Below, piece after piece: positions 26,301-37,500 of a stretch of DNA of 64,000 nt; position 1 is the first letter of the stretch; every line of letters begins with the position of its first letter. Both the position numbers and the translations under genes were made by a program. The stretch is from Podarcis tiliguerta. Lineage: Eukaryota. The stretch is taken from the NCBI GenBank assembly GCA_965153285.1, contig OZ229110.1. One strand, 5' to 3'. The notes below the pieces were generated by a model. The model was not told the origin of the DNA, ran no database searches, and was given only the letters and a program-made list of their open reading frames with translations.

Positions 26301-28239
26301 TGCTTTCCTTACCATTCCAGTTACCTTATTTCTGCCTATCAGTAAGCTATCAATAAGACCCCTGTGCTGTGATCGCAGCAAGACCTCCATGTACGCCTCT
26401 TAATCCTTAGTCTTCTTCTAGGCCATAGTCTTGCTTCCCTAATTGGCAATCTGAGCTTAGCTCTCCCCAGCTCTTTAACAGATAAAATGCTCAATTTCCT
26501 AAAAGCCAAATTTCACAAGTACCTCCTATGTGTAGATATATTGTCAATATTGCCTTTCACTCCTCTACTCCCTCTCCTGCCCCCCAAATAGATGGCTATT
26601 GAGCTGGGAGAATTGAAGGCCTCCCTGGTGTATTTTGAGGAAGAGGAAAGGAGGAGAAGGCAGCAGCAGCAGTTACACTGTCATCACAAGTGGTGCAGAA
26701 AGAGATGAGGGAGGGCAGAAGGGCAAACGATGGCTTAAATTCTGCCACCCCAAGACAGTTCTCTTAAACTGGACTCAGGGATGTGACTCAGGCAGGCAGG
26801 GGGTTGCCAGTGAGCAACTATTAGCTGAGATGTGATGCAAGTGAAGGGGCTGCTCTCTGGACCGTCACTATGCACCCCAAAATTATTTCCTCCGAAGGCT
26901 ATGGAACTTCACCCAAAGTTCCCATGTGGGCATTTCCATACCGAAACCAGCAACCGTGGGGGGGGGGGGAAGAGCACAGAGGCTGCTGGGGCTTTCAGGC
27001 ATTGCCATGGTAACACATCTGCATCATCCTCTGAAAGGGCCGCTTGCCATTTCTTGCGGAAAGGGGCCCTTTGGAGCTTTCTCAGAGACCCTCCGTCCTG
27101 CCTTCAGTGGCAGGGGAGCAGTTCTGCTTGAAGAGACTTCTCCTACAATGGGGACAACCCAAGGTTATTGGCTAGAACAGGGAAGGGTAGGGTAAGCCAG
27201 TTGTCACATGGGAGGTGGAAGGGAAGAAAGGAGAGCGAGGAAGGCCTCCATTTGCCCATGTGCTGAAGGTGCAGGATGCTTGTCAGGCCCCACCCTGTTG
27301 CCCTTGGTAACTGCTGCCAGGAAGCAGAGTTAAGAGTTGGTTGGCCGAAACCATAGCACCTTTGACCCACCTGGATGACCAGTCAGATTTTTTGACTTAA
27401 TGCTCCCACTTGTGTCTCCCAGCAAGAAAATGCCCTTACATGAAGCAGAGCCCCTGCCTGACACATTTCCCCTTATCTGCACGATGGTGACCTTGCGCTG
27501 CGTTTGCGAACGCTTGCAATGTTGTTTGTGCAGCCCCAGTTCCTGCTTCAACTCAGGGCAGCTGCAAGGTGGGCAAAGGCCTGGTCGCTATCTAACAGCA
27601 CATTACCGAGACACAGCGCTGGATTGCACAGGTCTGTACAGACAGATTTTCAAAAACAAAAACAAACAAACCACCCACCCAAAACAGAAGACAGTGGTTA
27701 GGGCATCTTGAGGCCGACTCCAGGCACTGCCAGAGCCAAGCTGTATGCTCCTCATAACACTCAGCAACACAGTTGCTGGACTGCTCAGAAAAAAGCACTA
27801 TATAGGCATATATACAGCCTGATTTACTAGCCTGCTTTTCTGCTGTGGTTAACACAATTGCATATTACACATACACAGAGAGAATCACTATGTGTGTTTG
27901 TGTTGGGGTGGGTGGAATTGTGACGTGTGGGTAGGGAAAAACACAGAAGGAGGGGGTTTGCTACTGCAAGAGGTGCTGGAGGAATGATCTCCAAGGATCT
28001 GAGCAGCCGAATGAAGAATCAGGAAGCAGAGACAGGACACCCTGACAATCCATCATCATGCCCACACTATATCAACACAACCACGTACACGGAAAGACGC
28101 CGCTTTAGCGAGCCCTCTTTCCACCCCACTCCACCCCGCTACATGGACGGGGTAAATCACGGTCCCTGCTGCTTGGGCCAAGGGCAGGTCGGCTCGGTGC
28201 ATTTCAGAAGAGCGAAGCTCAGTCGTATACAGACCCATT

Positions 28240-29540
28240 TATGCGCTCGCTCGCGTACACAAACACCCAGCGCCCATCCTAAGCCCGGCGCGCCTCGCGC
28301 GGGGCCCCGGCGCCGCACCTGCCCCCTCCGCCTGCCCCCCTTGCCGGGCTCACCTCGGCTCAGGTAGGACGATCTTCTTGCTGGCCCGGGCTGCCGGAGT
28401 GGATTTACTTTTCTCCATAGCCATCAAGTAGCTCACATCGGCGAGCACAGCCTCCAAGTCGGCCATCTTGCCAGGAAATATTTCTTCTGCTTTCCTTTTT
28501 CACAATCAATTCTCTTATTATTCCAGCGGCCTCTGCGGCTCCCTCGCCGCCGCCTCCTCCCGGTCGGTGTGTGTGTGTGCGTGTGTGTGGCCGCCTGTGC
28601 TAGGGGGAGGGGAGGGAGAGCGAGGGGGGGGAGGCGAAGAGAGGGGATCTGGCCCCCCAACCCCTCTTACAAACAGACCCACATGATGCCCGTGCAGAGA
28701 AGCAGCAGCCCTTCCTTAGTTCATGGGCTGCGGCTTGTCCCCGCTGCCCTCCGCTCCTGGCTTGCCTTCCTCCTCCAGGGCTGGCGGGCTCTCTCGGTGT
28801 GTGTCCTGAGAGTGTGTGTGTGTGTCTTGTGTGTGTTGCGCGCGCGCGTGCAGGGAGGGCTGCCGCGGCCGCTGCTGTTGCTCCCGCTGCCTGTCAACGC
28901 GGAGCGGCGGCGGCGGCGCAGGGGTGGGGGGTGGCGGCGGCGGCGGCGGCTTGCTGCCTTTTATCTGTCAGCGCTTTTCTTCTTCCTCTGCTTGCGATCC
29001 AAGGCGGAGAAGCAGCGTCGCGCAAGTGCCCGAGGCAAGCGCAGCCGAGGAGCTCTCGAGCTCCACGCGCTGATTCAATGCTGGGCGCTTAAGGCGGGAG
29101 CCGAGCGGATCCGAAACTCGCACACGCTCTCCTCCTCCTTCTTCTTCCTCCTGCTGCTGTTGCCGCCCGTAGGTGGTTTTGTTTCTCCGCAGGGGCAAAG
29201 GACCTCCGGGGCCCGCCGCGCAGCTTCTGGCTTCCCCTCTCCGCTCGCTCCAGGGCCAGCTTAAAGCAACAGCCGCCCCTCGAGGGAAGCCTGCTTTGTA
29301 CATAGACACACACACACAGAGAGAAGAAAGTTAGTCGCCCGAGGCCGCCCTCTGGAGGCCCAGGGGAGACTTGCAGCTGGCTTGGCGCAGGCCGGGTGTC
29401 TTTCAGACCCTTTCGATTCAAGCGCGGCCCCAGGCAATACGCTGCGGCGGGCGCTCAAATCGAGGAGCGCTCGGAGGCCTAACGGGCCATGATTTCACCC
29501 GGCCGTTGCCTTAGCACGTCCGGTAGCATCCCGCATAAAA
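28240..29540 (-). promoter_or_regulatory. GRK2: CpG island spanning the GRK2 promoter, 5'UTR and exon 1
   Basis: Very high GC and CpG density, (GGC)n tracts and GC boxes around the start codon; exact TSS cannot be determined. Confidence 0.9.
28354..28466 (-). CDS. GRK2: GRK2 exon 1 coding part ([38 protein letters not shown])
   Basis: ATG in strong context (AAGATGG); canonical GRK2/3 N-terminus; GTGAG donor; 113 nt; adjacency to KDM2A identifies it as GRK2. Confidence 0.98.
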
Positions 29541-31129
29541 TATTGGCCACAACTATAATTCCTTGCGACCCGTTTCGCAGAATTTTGACATCCACGTTTG
29601 GCCTCTGGTCTCTCAAGGACATCCTGAAGGTCTGCACGACAAAGGAGCAGTGTGACCCCTTGAAGGCTAAGGAAGAAATTAGTACAGTATTTAAGGCGCT
29701 ACAAGACTCCTGATTGCTTTTGCTGCAAGAGACTGACGTGGCTGCTACCCTTCTGAAAATATTCAGGATTAAAATTCAGGAGCAGACATTCTCAAGACCA
29801 AAAGACTGTCCTTTGCTTTTCTGACGGGTACAAATTTGGGAGATAAAGACCTACAATAAGTAAGTTCTTGTGTGCGCACTGTAGGCTAGAGAGAAGAGTA
29901 CACATTAAAAATACAGTATGTAGTTAATCTGAGCCAGAAGGCTAAGGAATGGTCAGAGTTCTACTCTCTTAAAGTTTCCACGAGAAGACTTTTCTTCAGT
30001 TTCTTCATGCTGGCAAACTGGTATGGTCCTAGTTGAGTTGGAATAGTTCATTTCCCCCTATGTGTTAAGTTTCAGGTGTTTCACCAGATTCTGTGACCGT
30101 ATAGATTTTTGCCTTGGCCTGCGGCAAAGATTTTCCATGCCCGACGTGCGCCCAAATTGTGTCCCTTGAGATGGTGCTGAAGTTCAGCTCCCACCATCCC
30201 TGATCAATGGCCATGCTGGCTGAAACTGATGGGAGTTAGGAGTTCAACGTCTAGAAGGCCACTGGTTCCCTTCTAGGTGGCTACTGCTTTACTTGAACAC
30301 TTAAGCAGCTTTCCTTAAGATTCAACCAAGGCCTATTATATCCTTTCACTGGGCTTTGCATACTAGGGCTTTGACACCCTTCTGGAAGGTAGATACAGTA
30401 GAACAAATTACACAAAACATTCTCCTGCCAAATGTTTATTTAAAAACCTCCCGGGTGAAAAATCAAGCTGTTCTTATTCTATTAGTATTGCTATCTCTGT
30501 TGGGAAGTTAGGTTGACTTTATTCAAAATATGTGGTTTCAGTTTGCCTGACGTGACTAGGGGTTGAATAATACGTGAGGTTCATCACCATGACTGCAAAA
30601 GCAAGCAACAGACTTGACTGCTGGGTGGAAATGGGCTGTCATACACTTACACAAGAGAATGTTCATACCCTTAAATGCAGTTATTTTCCATGGAGTTAAT
30701 TCACCTGGTCAGTAGCCAGTCAAATAAATGTACAGAAATCAGTTGATGGAGATGCCTGAGTAAACCAGGCCTACCTTGTCCTGCCTCCCTCTCCCTGCAC
30801 ACCTACTATAGGGTTTTCTCACAGCCATTAAATCCTGCTGTTAGGCAGACATCTCCAGAAAGTGGTTCATCCAGTTCTTCTATATGAACTGTTTTCCTCG
30901 TTGTGATTAATACCGTTTCCACACTGAAGTGCCGTTTATTAGTTTGAGGCACACAGTTTGCAATGTTATTTCCTTAAACAACCCTACCTCTCTAGCTACC
31001 TTTTTGTTTTCAGCCTTGCATAGCTGAGTGCCTACAAGGAGAGAGACAAGGCACATGTCTAGTCAACTGAAACATGTGCCCTTCTTATTAATGCACTCAC
31101 TCTGAAGGGGAAGCTACGGTGGCAAAGCA

Positions 31130-32000
31130 CCATTACTAAATAAAACAGCAGAGACATTTAGCAGAAATAGTGTGTAGGTGGTAAAATGGAGTCACTGCTA
31201 TAGATTTCCACAGGTGCTCAGTGAAACCTTGATAAGTGTGAACACGGATTGACCAGGAATAAATGCTGGGGTATATATGGAGCCATTCTCCTGGAATGCC
31301 AGTTTCCAGACACTTCTTCCCATACAGCATCTGGGTTCTTCTAATTCCTTATTTCCTGTTTCCTGGGGGTCATCCATAGTTATTTCTGCAGGGAATTCCA
31401 GATACTGTACAGCGTTTCCAGCAATTCTATAGCTTTGCAGTGATTCCTTGTGATGAATGACGTTACAACTCTCATGAGAACCAGTTTGATTGGGAACCCC
31501 AATCTGTGGCGGATCCCTGCCTCCTGCAGCTTTCTTGTAAAAAGGTTTTAGACAGTGATACTTTCTAAGCTTTTGGGGGACTGGATCTTATAGCACCATG
31601 ATAGGCCATCTGTAATGGGATATGTCTTGAGTGTCCCTTAGCTTCTTCCATATTATTTTGATATGGTGTCTGCCAAAACACAATACCACATTCTGGGGAA
31701 AGGAACCCTTCTTGGGCTTGGGCAAAGTAAACATATCCTCATGCTCCACATTTTCCTGAAAGCCACATAAATATAAGATTCACACGTCTCTCCTGATTTT
31801 TCGGCCTCCTCTCCCTTTTCTCTTTGTAATCTGCTTGCAAACAACAAATTTGCTTTGCATGCATCTGCCCTATTTCTTTTGCAGTCTCAGTCAAAGTGTT
31901 CAGATGCACATTAATCTCTGTCAGCTGTCCCTTCCATTGGAGTCATTAATTGCTTTCATGTTTCTTTTACTATTTCCCTCATGAGGAACAACCAAGCTGC
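31130..32000 (-). mobile_element. Degenerate L1-clade LINE (ORF1 region, possibly the start of ORF2)
   Basis: Frameshifted minus-strand peptide LKPF/TRKLQEAGIRHRLGFPIKLVL (~31470-31550) resembles the L1 ORF1p C-terminal domain; upstream RRVPFPR motif; A-rich sense strand. Confidence 0.6.
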
Positions 32001-33305
32001 AAGTTGTAGTCTCTTTCCTTCTACCTCTGAGCAACAGCAGCTTGAGCAGGCAACGTATTGGACTTGGCCTTAGACAAAGACTCCGTGTTCAGCCTGTCTT
32101 TCTTCTGCAGGTGGAAAAAATAGGAGAAATCCGCCCATTTTTGACAGGTTTGGTTTACTGTCATTCCTTTATTTCAGAGACATATGCCCTGGGGAGATTA
32201 ATTCCGTGAAGCTCCTGAATGATGGAAATGGTTCCAGGCACTGGAGCTCTGGAGTCAAACAGCCATTTTCTGCCTTGATAAGCCATGTCCCCTTCTGAAA
32301 GCTGAAGATTTAGTTTTAAATGGTACCTAGTAATAACAGTATTTTTTTTAGAACCCATAAATCTTGTCCTTTTGTTTTAGCCTTCAGGATGATATCCAAT
32401 GAAGTTATACTTAGTGTAGATACTTGCCCACTGATTTCAGTGAATGTCTATTCAGAGTATAACTTTAGTCAACTAGCACCCTCAACATTTAAGTGGTGAG
32501 TTCATTAATGAAAATGCATTTTATGTTTATTCTGGAAAAAATGTAGGTCCTGTTCTTTCTTGAATAAACCTTATCTCAGTTAAAAACGTTTCCAATGTTT
32601 CTCTGGGGATTCAGAAGTTGCAGCCAAGGCCCTCCCTTCTGTAACTGGGTAATATTTGAACATGCAAATAGGGAGGTTCTTGCATTAACTGCAAGAATGG
32701 CAGTTCACCTTCTCTCAGTGCTCCTGAAGTGAACTAAAAATGTATGTCACGAACGGAAATTGCCTTCTTCAGAAAGGCCTTTGTTATCTTGTACTACAAA
32801 ATAATAGCAGAAATAATACATTTCTGAGTGCAACTGTTATGTTCCTGAAATATTTGATAAAATAGTAAGAACCACAATGAATAAAGTGCCAGTATGAAAA
32901 TGGGCTAGCTTATTCTTGTTCTTGTATAGTAAATCATCACTAAGTGTTAGGGGTTGGCAGAACAAAACCAGGGACTCAGCTATATAGCTGCAAATAAAAT
33001 GTTTTAAGTGTGTTGTAAAGTACAATATACAAATGTCACAATAGATGGCGATGATGAGCTATGACAAATTCGATATATTTTCCCAAAACGTGTTTTTTTT
33101 TTTTTTAAAAAAAACCATTTTCACAGCATTTTTTATGTGTGTGTATATTCCACCCAGGACTTGGGTCCAAGTAACTGTTGTAATACTCTCCAGAGAACAA
33201 CTCTAGAGAAAAGTTGCTAGTTATTCTGGATTGCCTTGAACAACAATTTTCTTTTCAGATATGATGTGCAGAAATAAGCAGAATATGAAACACTAGGATC
33301 TACAT

Positions 33306-33441
33306 CTGTGATGACCAAACTTGGCCCTCCAGCTGTTTTGGGACTACAATTCCCATCATCCCTGACCACTGGCCCTGTTAGCTAGGGATGATGAGAGTTG
33401 TAGTCCCAAAACAGCTGGAGTGCCAAGTTTGGCCATCACTG
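33306..33441. mobile_element. Palindromic hAT MITE of the GGACTACAAYTCCCATCA family (best-preserved copy)
   Basis: Near-perfect 136-bp hairpin; perfect 8-bp TSD ATCTACAT. Related copies at about 1640-1760, 2160-2285, 14410-14540, 15440-15555, 16525-16660, 19385-19520, 21290-21395, 21430-21560, 22745-22855, 24050-24170, 25175-25305, 30145-30270, 37290-37415 and 54630-54735. Confidence 0.9.
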
Positions 33442-33551
33442 ATCTACATAGTATCTCTGGCTTCTCTTTTATCTTTTTCTAAGGAGCGCTGTTATTAGTC
33501 CATAGGGGGAAACAAAGAAATTAGCAGCCCATTCAGTAATGTCACTCACTC

Positions 33552-33743
33552 ATGGCTTCCATCAAAGAACCTTAGGATCTGTAGTTTGTTTAGGGTGCTG
33601 AGAGTTGTTCAGAGGAACCCCCCCCCCCCCAGATACAATTCTCTGCACCCTTAACTAACTACAGTTCCCAGGATTCTTTGCAGAAAGCCATGACTGTTAT
33701 AGTGGTATAAGAGCACTTTAAATGTATAGTGTGGATGTAACCT
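33552..33743. mobile_element. Harbinger-like palindromic MITE fragment
   Basis: Internal inverted repeat (ggatctgtagttt...agggtgc / gcaccctt...ctacagttccc) and terminus gtgtggatgtaacc. Confidence 0.55.
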
Positions 33744-34035
33744 AAGACAAACTATTTATCCTCACCTGTAGGTTTACACAGGAGTGTGTGCCTTTGAAAA
33801 GTCAGCAAGGTCCTCATTGCCCATTCTCCATGGTGCCATAGAATATAGTGGATGTCTTCTATTGCATAATTCTGTACACTTATGGAGCTAATGGTACAGT
33901 TTTGTACATCTGCTTCTGAAGTTTTGAACTGGCTGAACTGCTAGACTCCAATCTTAACTTCACATGCATGCAACTGGTGTGTTTTTTTAAACATCTCTTT
34001 CTCCCTCCTTTTGGAATTGTTTTTTGGAAAGCCAC

Positions 34036-34074
34036 CATCATCATAATCATCATCATCATCATCATAATTATTAT
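34036..34074. repeat. (CAT)n microsatellite
   Basis: Read directly from the sequence. Confidence 0.9.
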
Positions 34075-35362
34075 AGCTTCTGCACCCAAATAACTCCCAT
34101 ACCATTACCTGTGAGGTTAATGATTGAGAGCAATTTTTCTTTGCACAAGTATTTATTGTTTGTTATGCTCTACCTCTGTCTCAGTAAGCATACAATCTTC
34201 TCATTTTTTTTTAACCAGAGGGCCTAGTAACAAGGCTTTCCTCTCACTGAGGTCTATAAATGTGTCTTTGTTCCTAGCATTCTGCACTCAAGCATAAAAA
34301 GACCCTCTCATCACAAGGCTCAAAAAACCACCAGTCTTTTAACTTTTTTACTGAGCCTTAGATATTGCTGGATCTTCTTCCAAATTGTGCTCCCCCCCCC
34401 TTTCTCTCTGCTGCTCCCCTCAAAGGTTGCCTCCCTCTCAGTGTCATTGGCTGATCTATTCTGATGTCACAATGGCTCTGTATTAACAAGAGTCATGGCC
34501 CCTTTAGCTACTAATCAACTTAGGTGCTGTGCTGCTGCAAAGCTCAATTCTAGCTAAGAAGATCCCTAGAGACATTAGCATCTGAATTCTAATATCTACA
34601 AAAAAAATAATATGCATATTGGAAGTAAATACCATAAGAGCTATTTTTTAAATCCCTTTTCATTTTTCCTGTACTGTATAACAATATAAAAATTACAATC
34701 TATAGAAGCCCTGTTTGTTTGGTGTTACTATATTCATCAAAAGAATGTGAAGAGTGCTGCATTGCTCCATCTCAACCAATCAAGTCTCTCCAGGAAGGTT
34801 CTTGTGAATCTGGTGTTGCAGTCCCAGTTTTTGGCCGTAAAATGAGGGTTTATTAATCCGGGATCCATTAATAGGCTTCAGAGGATTCATAAACTGGGCA
34901 CACACATACAAGATTTTTCCTATGCATACATAAATTGTATGCAAAACTTTGTGTGTGTTTATGTGCATAGCTTTCTTCAGATTCTTGAAGGGGTCTGTGA
35001 TCCCAAAAAAGGTAAAGAACCTCTACCACAGAATGAACCCATAACTCTGTCCTATGAAATCATCTTTCCTACTTGTTTGTCTCATCATTGCCTGTACTTT
35101 GAATGGAATGAGATTAAAGCCAATGTACACCTGCATACAAAGATCTCTACTTAAAACAGCTGCAGAAGCTTCCTGGAGCAAGGCTGGGTGATTTTAAGTC
35201 ACTGTTTTTCCTTTAAAGAGCAGTTTTTAAAATCCTTATAGTAAGGGAGAAACACTTGTGAATATAATCAGAGGAGGTCATTTTGTATTCAGGAAAGGTG
35301 ATACAAACTGTCAGCACCTTGTTTTGTTCAAGAATAATATAAAATGCTTTGAAAGCTCAAAA

Positions 35363-35583
35363 TATATTAAAAAATAAAGAAATTGTCCAGTAGCACCTCA
35401 GAGACCAACTAAGTTTGTTCTTGGTATAAGCTTTCATGTGCATGCACACTTCTTCGGATACCGTGCATGCACACGAAAGCTTATACCAAGAACAAACTTG
35501 GTCTCTAAGGTACTACTGAACAACTTCTTTATTTTTTTTAATATATATTTCAACTGCGTCAGACCAACACCTACCTGAATCTA
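35363..35583. mobile_element. Penelope-like element remnant: inverted pseudo-LTR pair with a hammerhead-like motif
   Basis: ~90-bp inverted arms; GAAGAAGTGTGCATGCACA(C/T)GAAAGCTTATACC; GTCTCTAAGGTACTAC and CAGACCAACAC tail typical of amniote Penelope ends. Smaller remnants at about 632-701, 19720-19790 and 29690-29757. Confidence 0.8.
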
Positions 35584-36329
35584 GCTTTGAAAGCTGCAGT
35601 TCTGGCAGTGTCCTTAAAGTCATCTTAAAGATTTCTGAACTGTTTTCTAACTCCCCCACTACAAGATACACATTGCAAGAGGATTTCATTTTAAAACACT
35701 GTTCCATTTCAAAGCCAAAAGAGTATTCTCAGATGCTCTAAAAGAGTAAAACAGCAATTCTGTGCACCCATTTACGTGAGATACAGTGGGATTTACTTTC
35801 AAGTAAACATGCATAGGATTTCACAGTACTTCATGTATGGCATCATTACGTCTGGTAAGCCAGACCTTACCCTTTCAGCAGATGCAAGCCTGTTTGCTGG
35901 CTTATAAAAACTCCTGCACTAATAAATCAACCTGAAAGGTACCACAGGACTCCACTGTGACCTACTGCTTCACATCTTCCAAGTGCATGTATTTCCCCTG
36001 CTTTTATTTATATCAATAATACTGAAAATAAATAAAATAGAGGCCTTTGTCTGAGCCATTCAGACTTTGAGATCAGAGCAGCACACACATTTGGGAGACT
36101 TAGTGTGGATAATTCCAGGGTACGTTTCCAAGGAGGATTCTGTGAGGCATTTACATTCCAGTCCTTGGAATTATTACTCTTCCCTACCTTTGCTCTTGCA
36201 GCTCTGTTTTTCATCAGCAGGCCACTACACAGTATAGTAAATGTCTGTTGCTCTAGCAGGAAAACCTAAAAATAACATTGCTTCAACGAACATTTTATCT
36301 GAATACAACAAGAAAAGTTCAATGAAGTT

Positions 36330-36542
36330 TAGAGTTGCCATATATCTGGACTTTCCTGGAGAAATACGAAATACTGCAGTCGGCAGCAGTGTCCAGGCGG
36401 AAATTGGGTAAATGTCCAGGAAAATCCGGATGTTTGGTGGCAGCCCAAAAAGCTCAACAACTTTGGTCAAACAGCAACAAAAGCTCAACAGCTCAACAAC
36501 TTTTCTGTCCAGATTTTCACTGTTTGAAATATGGCAGTCCTG
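36330..36542. mobile_element. hAT-like MITE (TAGAGTTGCCATAT...ATATGGCAGTCCTG termini)
   Basis: Imperfect TIRs and internal gtccagg repeats. Confidence 0.55.
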
Positions 36543-37154
36543 ATGTAGTTAGGCTTCTGATCCCGCACCCATATATGCACAGACTAAGCGACGGAAAGGG
36601 GCCACAAAGTTAACAAAGTCTACCCACTCCTACTCCAGAGCAGAATTCACTATAATTCGGAATTGTTCACACCAGCTCATTCACCTAGGGCCAGGAGGAG
36701 GAAGAGCAACTACTATTGATCATCCTCGCCCAAGTGAGACCAGCACCGCCATGCAACAGAAACCGCTCTCCACCCTGGGGCAGGAGACCAATTTTTCCTG
36801 CGGAGGAGAAGCCGGCAAAATGCCATATATGTGGCCAGGAAATAATATGTTTAAAGTGATGTAAGTACTGTAGGGCTCCAGGGGAAGCCAACACACATTT
36901 CCTTATTAGGGCCTGCATAACTAGGACAGTGGTTTTCAAACTTTCTGCCTTGACTTTCCATATCAAAAGACTACTGTAGAATTCAGCCAGGTCATTATGG
37001 AAACCCTGTGTGTTGTAGAGGATAGTATAGGGTGCGCGCACACACATGCTGAGCACTAGGGGGACCCTTTTGATTCAGACGATGCCACTCCTCCCAAATT
37101 TAGCTTTGGGGTAGGGGTTGGGGAGTTGGGAGCGATGGGAAAGCTGCATTTCGG

Positions 37155-37500
37155 AAGATAGGAATCTGCTTTCTACCAAGTCAGACTCTCCAGCCACCTA
37201 GCACAATCCACTACACTGACTAGCACCAGCTCTTTGCAAGAGGCTCTTCCCCCATCACCCAATGCCTGATATTTTCAGGACAGCAGCAAGGAACCTTTGG
37301 TCCTCCAGATGTTGCTGCACTACAAATCCCATCAGCCCCAGCAAGCTGGCCAATGGCCAGGGTTGCTGGGCATTGTAGTTCAGCAGCATCTGGAGGGCCA
37401 ACGGTTCCCCATGCCTGCTTTTGGAGAAGGTCCAAGGACTGAACCTGGGACTCTTGCCTGCACAGCATGTTCTGTATCACCTACTGAACTCTATGGCCTT
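37155..37500 (-). mobile_element. Degenerate tRNA-derived SINE interrupted by a MITE (~37290-37415)
   Basis: Minus-strand head GGCCATAGAGTTCAGTAGG...GTCCCAGGTTCAGTCC; CR1-like tail. Confidence 0.5.

Noticed and set aside
1833-28466. Calling the kinase GRK3 (ADRBK2) because of GRK3-like residues in exons 1-3
   Set aside because: Adjacency to KDM2A, compact introns and GRK2-type motifs ([24 protein letters not shown]) favour GRK2
28569-29421. Several long ORFs on both strands over the GRK2 promoter
   Set aside because: GC-rich, stop-poor CpG island; translations are low-complexity and microsatellite-driven
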